DNA of 5,197 nucleotides from Octopus sinensis. Its lineage: Eukaryota. The position numbers were made by a program, and so were the translations under genes. Positions within the stretch are counted from its first letter, which is position 1; each line of letters opens with the position of its first letter. The stretch spans positions 1 through 5,197 of the forward strand of contig NW_021830065.1 of assembly GCF_006345805.1 (NCBI RefSeq), in the 5' to 3' direction. Below the pieces are notes generated by a model. It made no database searches, was not told where the DNA came from, and saw nothing but the letters and a program-made list of their open reading frames with translations. This document shows positions 1 to 5,197 of the stretch, in pieces.

Positions 1-87
1 TTATCGTAATCACCTTCAATAGAAACCTAATACAATAACTTTAAAAGCAACAGCAAAAATTATTATAAAATCAGGCGAAAATCAAAG

Positions 88-620
88 CCACTACAACCAC
101 AACCTACACCACCACCACCACCGCCGATACTGCTACCACAACCACCACCACCAATACCACCACCACCACCACTATCACCACCAATACCACCACCACCACC
201 ACCACCACCACAACCTACACCACCACCACAACCTACACCACCACCGCAACCTACACCACCACCACCATCACCACCACCACCACCACCACCACCACCACCA
301 CCAAAACCACCACCAACACAACCATCACCACCACCACCCCACACCACCACCACCACAACCTACACCACCACCACAACCTACACCACCACCGCAACCTACA
401 CCAACACCACCATCACCACCACCACCACCACCACCACCACCACCACCACCAAAACCACCACCAACACAACCATCACCACCACCACCACCACCACCACCAC
501 CACAACCTACACTGCCACCACAACCTACACCACCACCATAACCTACACCACCACCACCACCACCAAAACCACCACTACCACCACCACAGCCCCCCACCGC
601 CGCCACCGATACTGCTACCA
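88..620. repeat. (CCA)n-based low-complexity tract with 18 bp subunits (CCACAACCTACACCACCA) and a ~145-148 bp higher-order repeat
   Basis: Almost pure CCA triplets. Triplets of CAACCTACAC-type units start at 211, 356 and 503 (the third set is more diverged). CCAAAACCACCACCAACACAACCATCACC occurs at 301 and 449. Confidence 0.95.
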
Positions 621-878
621 TCATAATCATTGCGAAGACATTCACCATCACTGCTACCACCACAGCTACCATCGTCACCGCTACCTTTTCTATCACTACA
701 ACCACCACCACCGTCACCACGACCATTGCTACCTACTATATTACTATCATCATCATCACCACAATCAGCAACTCTACCGTCACCATACCACCAACATCAC
801 AACTACCACCAAGATAAATCTCCACCACAGCCACCAACACAACTACCTTCGCTACCATTATCACAACTAAAACTCAAT

Positions 879-965
879 ACCACCACCACCACCACCACCA
901 CCACCACCACCACCACCACCACCACCACCACCGCCACCACCACCACTACCACCGCCGCCGCCGCC
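879..965. repeat. (ACC)n microsatellite grading into (GCC)n
   Basis: 18 perfect ACC units at 879-932, then interrupted ACC units and GCC units. Confidence 0.95.
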
Positions 966-1056
966 ATTATCATCATCATCATCATCCTCTTCTATCATCC
1001 TCATCATCACCATTACCATCACCATCATCATCATCATCACCACCACCACCACTACC

Positions 1057-1087
<31 letters not shown>

Positions 1088-1192
1088 ACATCGTCATTGT
1101 CTTCATCGTTGTCATCATCATCATCATCATCATCATCATCGTCATTGTCGTCATCATCATCATCGTCATTGTCGTCAACATCATCATTATCA
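966..1192. repeat. Compound (CAT)n/(CAC)n microsatellite with CATCGTCATTGTC variant units
   Basis: CAT and CAC runs read directly; CATCGTCATTGTC recurs three times between about 1089 and 1173. Confidence 0.92.
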
Positions 1193-1432
1193 ACAGCACT
1201 GTCACGACTATGGCCATGAGCTCCCTTGAAACACTACCAGCACCAATAGCAACAACAGCAACAATAAAAAGAAAAAAGAAAAAAAGGGGCTGATGTCACC
1301 CCCACTCAATCAAACGCCCACCCATATCCTCCACTTTTGTTAGTACTCTTCAATTTCAAGTGTTACCAGCACCCCAGACATCATTTAGTACAGTAACGCA
1401 TCCTTTGTCATCACTATCATTATTAGTACCTC

Positions 1433-1535
1433 CCACCACCACCACTACTAACACCACCACCACCACCAACACCACTACCACCACCATCAACAACAACAAC
1501 AACAGCAACAACAACACCCATACAACCACCACCAC
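1433..1535. repeat. (CAC)n/(CAA)n compound microsatellite
   Basis: ACC, ACT and AAC triplet runs read directly. Confidence 0.9.
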
Positions 1536-1582
1536 ATGTCCGTCTTTCGCCGATCGGGATTTAATTGTTTGATCTCGGCCGA

Positions 1583-1686
1583 ATTACCTACCCATGAATT
1601 AACGCGTAAGTGGGCTGAGTATTCCACAGACACGTGTAGTCTTAGCGTATTTCCCAAACAGAATCAGAATGACGAAGAATGTAACA
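1583..1686 (-). mobile_element. Possible decayed fragment of another interspersed repeat (SINE 3' region)
   Basis: GGCTGAGTATTCCACAGACACGTGTA...TTAGCGTA resembles a repeat I recall from octopus genomes. There is no second copy in the window, so this rests on recollection only. Confidence 0.35.
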
Positions 1687-1708
1687 TCACTGTACTTATA
1701 TCTAAATT

Positions 1709-1819
1709 GGTTTCGAATTTTGGTACAAGGGCAGAAAATTTTGAGAGAGAGGATAGATAAACCGATTGTATCGACCCCGGTGCACAATTGATACTTATTT
1801 TATCGATCACCTGAAAGGA
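1709..1819 (-). mobile_element. Family-B SINE, 3' half (central domain plus tail) of a split copy
   Basis: CGATTGTATCGACCCCGGTGCACAATTGATACTTATTTTATCGATCACCTGAAAGGA (1763-1819) aligns with 4119-4173 of the complete copy. The extension to 1709 is based on a recalled alternative tail. Confidence 0.75.
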
Positions 1820-1885
1820 ACCCGTATTTCGTTTATGTAACCACAATATACTACAAAATATGTTAAACGCTTTTGATCTTCATAT

Positions 1886-2292
1886 CTCATTTACTCATTT
1901 ACTTGTTTCAGCCATTTGACTGTGGCCATGCTGGAGCACCGCCTTTAGTCGAGCAAATCGACCCCAGGACTTATTCTTTGTAAGCCTAGTACTTATTCTA
2001 TCGGTCTCTTTTGCCGAACCGCTAAGTTACGGGGACGTAAGCACACCAGCATCGGTTGTCAAGCGATGTTGGGGGAGGGATAAACACAACACACAAACAT
2101 ACACATATATATATATATATACATATATACGACGGGCTTCTTTCAGTTTCCGTCTACCAAAACCACTCACAAGGCTTTGGTCGGCCCGAGGCTATAGTAG
2201 AAGATACTTGCCCAAGGTGCCACGCAGTGGGACTGAACCCGGAACCATGTGGTTCGTAAGCAAGCTACTTACCACACAACCACTCCTACGCC
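1886..2292 (-). mobile_element. Family-A tRNA-derived SINE, full length (copy A1)
   Basis: The minus strand starts GGCGTAGGAGTGGTTGTGTGGTAAG (A box) and carries GGTTCAGTCCC (B box), CORE-like ACCTTGGGCAAGT, an internal TA/TG microsatellite and a (GTAAATGA)2 tail. 1942-2000 is the exact reverse complement of 3301-3359 (59/59). Confidence 0.93.
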
Positions 2293-2302
2293 TATATATA
2301 TA

Positions 2303-2510
2303 TATAAATCAGTACTCTGTTCTACTGTGTTAGCAGTGCTATTTCATCACAACTGAAGGTTGTCTCCACAGACTTTTTATAGAAATCATAGCCAGCACTT
2401 TTTAAGGTTATCATTGTTTGGCATAATTTCTATAGAATATCTGTAGAGACAACCTTAACAAATGATGTAAAGTGCACTGCTAACACAGGAGAACACTGTA
2501 TTGATTTATA
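2303..2510. repeat. Long inverted repeat (fold-back), ~95 bp arms and ~17 nt spacer
   Basis: 2303-2339 vs reverse complement of 2474-2510 is 33/37 identical; 2356-2386 vs reverse complement of 2426-2456 is 27/31 identical. Confidence 0.93.
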
Positions 2511-3008
2511 AAAACGTTCAATATACTTTGTGGCATACTATAGTTGCATAACAAAGTATTGAGTGCCCATAATTCATAGATATATACGTAACAGCTTCAA
2601 CGAATGTGTTTACAGTAATCACTCTCCATATCGCGGTTCACCCATCACGACCTCAGTACATGGCGGATTTTTCTGGCTAATATATATAAATTATATAAAT
2701 TTATATCGCGGATTCCTCAGCATATCGCGGGTTTCTGCGGCCGATAGATATTTATATATATTTTTTTTTTCATATTTTAATTATTTCTGTGATAAAATAA
2801 GCATTTTCACGCCTAAAAATTAATAAATAAAAATACTGTACAGTACTGTGTAACACATTAATTAAAGTATATTAAAAGAAAAAACGTAGTGTACCGTAGA
2901 TGAGTAAACAAAGAATCGCACATAGTGTATGGAAAACGAAACCCGTGAGGTGAATGTGTGGTGTTGTTTTGCATTTATAATAAAATAAATATATACAAGT
3001 TATAATAA

Positions 3009-3422
3009 TAGGAGTGGCTGTGTGGTAAGTAGCTTGTTTACCAACCACATGGTTTCAGGTTCAGTCCCACTGCGTGGCACCTTGGGCAAGTGTCTTCTAC
3101 TATAGCCTCAGGCAGACCAAAGCCATGTAAGTGGATTTGGTAGACGGAAACTGAAAGAAGGCCGTCCTATATATGTGTATATATGTATGTATGTGTGTGT
3201 ATGTGTTTGTGTGTCTGTATTTGTCCCCGCAACATCGCTTGACAACCGATGCTGGTGTGTTTACGTCGCCGTAACATAGCGGTTCGGTAAAAGAGACCGT
3301 TAGAATAAGTACTAGGCTTACAAAGAATAAGTCCTGGGGTCGATTTGCTCGACTAAAGGTGGTGTTCCAGCATGGCCACAGTAAATGACTGAAACAAGTA
3401 AAAGAGTAAAAGGGTAAAGAGA
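3009..3422 (+). mobile_element. Family-A tRNA-derived SINE, near full length (copy A2), nested in the MITE
   Basis: A box TGGCTGTGTGG at 3015-3025, B box GGTTCAGTCCC at 3058-3068, ACCTTGGGCAAGT at 3079-3091, TA/TG tract at about 3168-3214, GTAAAAGA-type tail at 3398-3420. Colinear with the reverse complement of 1886-2292. Confidence 0.93.
3015..3068 (+). promoter_or_regulatory. Internal RNA polymerase III type 2 promoter (A and B boxes) of SINE A2
   Basis: TGGCTGTGTGG and GGTTCAGTCCC with tRNA-like spacing (32 nt between boxes). Confidence 0.7.
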
Positions 3423-3567
3423 ATACAATAATGTTTCTATCGCGGTGGGTTTTTGGAACGTAACAACCGCGATAATCGAGGATTACTGCAATATGTAAAT
3501 TGGTATATCTAATGATGTTACACAGCTGTACTTAGCAGCTATTTAAGCAATGTGTTCGCGGATGATT

Positions 3568-3636
3568 ACGGGGTTAGATGAGTGCAGATGAAGGAGCAAA
3601 AAATCCTGAAACATGGTATATACGCCCATTACCCGT
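3568..3636 (+). ncRNA. Degenerate type I hammerhead ribozyme motif
   Basis: Stem I ATGAGTG 3578-3584 / CGCCCAT 3623-3629, extended by ACGGG 3568-3572 / CCCGT 3632-3636. Core CAGATGA at 3585-3591 (canonical CUGAUGA). Stem II AGGA/TCCT around an 8 nt loop. GAAA at 3608-3611. Stem III ACAT/ATAT with one mismatch. Putative cleavage after A3622. Confidence 0.55.
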
Positions 3637-3756
3637 TTTTTTCATTTTTGATCTAATTGTTTGCATTTGATGTCTTGGATATGAAAAGTCGTAACAAAAT
3701 CAGTGCTGGTTACAAATTTTATAGAAAATCTGTAGAGATGACCTTAACACGTGATA

Positions 3757-3868
3757 TATTTTATCGATTCCGAAAGGATTAAAGGCAAAGTCGATCTCAG
3801 CGGCATTTAAATTCAGAGCATTAGGACGGACGAAATGGTGTGCTAACGGTTCTGCCGGGTCGGCACTT
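3757..3868 (-). mobile_element. Family-B SINE, 5' half (tRNA-like head plus start of central domain) of the split copy
   Basis: Aligns with 4152-4281 (CGAAAGGAT-AAAGGCAAAGTC...GACGAAAT...TGCTA-CG-TTCTGCC), with a ~19 nt internal deletion after GAAAT. Confidence 0.85.
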
Positions 3869-3903
3869 TAATGTGCTTCTTTAAATTGAAGGCAAATTCT
3901 TCT

Positions 3904-3948
3904 CGACGGGGGTCAGCACAGTTTCTGCTCTACCAAATTTCAGTCATA
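3904..3948 (-). mobile_element. Short decayed internal fragment related to family-A SINE
   Basis: CGACGGG...CAGTTTC...TCTACCAAA resembles 2130-2172 (CGACGGGCTTCTTTCAGTTTCCGTCTACCAAAACCACTCAC). Confidence 0.45.
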
Positions 3949-4056
3949 GATATTGCTTATGGAAAAAAAAATGGAAAACGAAAAGGTAGCGGCAATGTAT
4001 TATTTCAGAAGTGAATAAAACAAATTCTCATACTGGGGTGGAGGGGCTGAGATTCT

Positions 4057-4281
4057 TTATTGCCCACCAAGGGGCTAAACATAGATGGGACAAACAAGGA
4101 CAGACAAACGGATTAAATCGATTATATCGATCCCAGTGCATAACTGGTACTTATTTAATCGACCCCGAAAGGATGAAAGGCAAAGTCTACCTCGGCGGAA
4201 TTTGAACTCAGAACGTAGCGGCAGACGAAATACTGCTAAGCATTTCGCTCGGCATGCTACCGTTTCTGCCAGCTCGCCGCC
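4057..4281 (-). mobile_element. Family-B tRNA-derived SINE, complete, with target-site duplication
   Basis: Flanked by the direct repeat CTGAGATTCT (4047-4056 and 4281-4290). Minus-strand A box TGGCAGAAACGG (4260-4271), B box GAGTTCAAATTCC (4197-4209), central GCCTTTCATCCTTTCGGGGTCGATTAAATAAGTACCAG domain, and a 3' end at CAATAAAG. Confidence 0.92.
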
Positions 4282-4403
4282 TGAGATTCTAACTGGGATG
4301 GGGGTGAGCACCCCATGATCCCTCACCCCGTAGCTACGTGCCATCAAGATACAACGGGGAAATTCTCTAAGAAGTCATTTGATCTGAAAACATGGCAGCC
4401 AAA

Positions 4404-4849
4404 TCTTTTATCATTTTTATCTTTCACTCGTTTGCAGCGGCCATACAGGGACACCATCTTGAAAAATTTTTAGTCGAAAGAATTGACCCCCAGTATTCTG
4501 ATTTTTGTTTTCTTTTTTTGTTTTTTGTAAAGCTTAGTACTTACTCTGTCAGTGTCTTTTCCAGAACCACTAAGTTACGGGGACGTAAATACAACAACAC
4601 CGGTTGTCAAGAGGTGATGGGGGCAAATTCAGACACAAAGGCACACACACACGCACGCACACACACACACACAAACACACACATACACACATACATTATG
4701 GGTCTCTTACAGTTTTCTATCTACGAAATGCACTATAGTCCGAGGTTATAGCAGAAGACACTGTCCAAGGCGCCATGCAGTGAGACTGAACCCCGAACCA
4801 TGTGTGGTCGGGAAGCAAGCTCCTTTACCATACAGCCATACCTGCGTCT
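4404..4849 (-). mobile_element. Family-A SINE, older and more diverged full-length copy (A3)
   Basis: Colinear with 1886-2292: CTAAGTTACGGGGACGTAA, CGGTTGTCAAG, a (CA)n tract at about 4642-4695, CCAAGG-GCCA-GCAGTG-GACTGAACCC-GAACCATGTG. Has an extra T-rich insert at about 4500-4526 and small deletions. Confidence 0.88.
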
Positions 4850-4947
4850 ATAATGTTTCTAAAAACCACTCACCTATCTCACACCGTCTTAAGGAAACGT
4901 TGCCCGTGGGTTTGCTAATCGTAGCAAAAACAAAAAAAAAAAAAAAA

Positions 4948-5050
4948 AGGACGAGGTTGGCCACGAATGGAATGTCTTTGATCATCGGGCGGCTCGATCA
5001 GGGCTTGTCTGGGAAATTACATGGCAAGTACAACTACAAGAACAATAACA
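4948..5050 (+). mobile_element. Possible 3' end of a further SINE family running into a (CAA)n-like tail
   Basis: TGGAATGTCTTTGATCAT...GCTCGATCAGGGCT follows an A-run (4926-4948) and resembles a repeat I recall from octopus. No second copy in the window. Confidence 0.35.
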
Positions 5051-5197
5051 AACGCCAATATCCTTATTGCCGTTACCACCATGACCACCATGACAACAAC
5101 AACAACAACAACAACGCGACCACCACTTCACCCTCATCTACAGTCATCCACTACCACCACGACGACCACTACCACCACAACCACCAACAACAACAAC
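5031..5197. repeat. (CAA)n/(CAC)n low-complexity tract running off the window end
   Basis: A perfect CAA run at about 5094-5115 and degenerate ACC/AAC triplets to the end. Confidence 0.88.

Larger units (their letters stand above)
2613..3488. mobile_element. Non-autonomous Tc1/mariner-superfamily (pogo/Tigger-like) MITE, ~460 bp without the nested SINE
   Basis: Left end TA|CAGTAATCACTCTCCATATCGCGGTT; right end reverse complement CAGTAATCCTCGATTATCGCGGTT. Left flank is TA (2611-2612), right flank is CA (3489-3490, presumed mutated TA). TATCGCGG is repeated subterminally, the interior is AT-rich and there is no transposase ORF. Confidence 0.82.
1820..3756 (+). mobile_element. Putative non-autonomous Penelope-like/retrozyme-type element (inverted arm, ~411 nt direct-repeat unit, degenerate hammerhead), interrupted by two SINEs and a MITE
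   Basis: Left arm 1821-1874 plus 2303-2398 is the inverted copy of about 2416-2562. 2431-2460 is directly repeated at 3720-3749 (27/30 identical). Hammerhead-like motif at 3568-3636. Flanked by duplicated SINE-B sequence at 1796-1819 and 3757-3778. The family assignment is inference. Confidence 0.6.

Noticed and set aside
208-560. CRISPR-like array of CAACCTACAC repeats
   Set aside because: The intervening sequence is CCA repeat rather than unique spacers, there are no cas genes, and the context is eukaryotic.
63-726. Gly-rich (GGGVGC) minus-strand ORFs and the Pro-rich (PQPTPP) plus-strand reading, resembling structural or extensin-like proteins
   Set aside because: They are translations of a CCA/TGG microsatellite that lacks stops by composition. 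The repeat phase shifts near 337-342, and there is no non-repetitive domain or evident exon structure.
630-1229. 199 aa poly-Thr/poly-His ORF and the overlapping minus-strand poly-Val/Met/Gly ORFs
   Set aside because: The ORF starts at TTG rather than ATG, the homopolymer runs map exactly onto ACC and CAT microsatellites, and several frames are open at once.
1360-1846. Short ORFs of 60-74 aa
   Set aside because: They overlap microsatellite and SINE fragments and show no recognisable protein motif.
2303-2510. Stand-alone fold-back MITE or miRNA precursor
   Set aside because: The arm continues beyond SINE A1 (1821-1874) and recurs in direct orientation at about 3703-3755, so it is better explained as part of the larger element. 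The stem is also longer than a typical animal pre-miRNA.
2834-2845. Perfect 12 bp palindrome TACTGTACAGTA
   Set aside because: Short, inside the MITE interior, and with no evidence of independent function.
3009-3080. tRNA gene
   Set aside because: A and B boxes are present, but the sequence continues into a ~400 bp body repeated three times in the window. It is a SINE head rather than a stand-alone tRNA.
3001-3432. TSD for SINE A2 (TATAATAAT 3001-3009 vs TACAATAAT 3424-3432)
   Set aside because: Plausible, but only 8/9 identical in very AT-rich sequence, so it cannot be distinguished from chance.
2056-4751. ORFs at 2056-2259, 2563-2823, 4011-4205, 4075-4347, 4085-4318 and 4392-4751
   Set aside because: All lie largely within SINEs or the MITE. 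None shows transposase, reverse transcriptase or GIY-YIG motifs.

Overview
Eukaryotic, non-coding, repeat-dense DNA with no credible protein-coding gene. The SINE families look like those I recall from octopus (coleoid cephalopod) genomes; that assignment is from memory and was not searched. The ends (88-1200, 1433-1535, 5031-5197) are CCA/CAT/CAA trinucleotide low-complexity tracts, which explain the long poly-G/T/H/V ORFs. The middle resolves into a nested set of insertions that can be reconstructed from the sequence alone. An old tRNA-derived SINE (family B; halves at 1709-1819 and 3757-3868, sharing a ~22-24 bp duplicated junction) is split by a ~1.9 kb insert. Removing two younger family-A SINE copies and a pogo/Tigger-like MITE from that insert leaves a ~0.65 kb non-coding element. 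It has an inverted ~150 bp terminal arm, a ~411 nt direct-repeat unit and a degenerate type I hammerhead ribozyme motif (3568-3636), an architecture like a non-autonomous Penelope-like element or retrozyme. Also present are a complete family-B SINE with a 10 bp TSD (4057-4281), a decayed third family-A SINE (4404-4849) and other SINE fragments.
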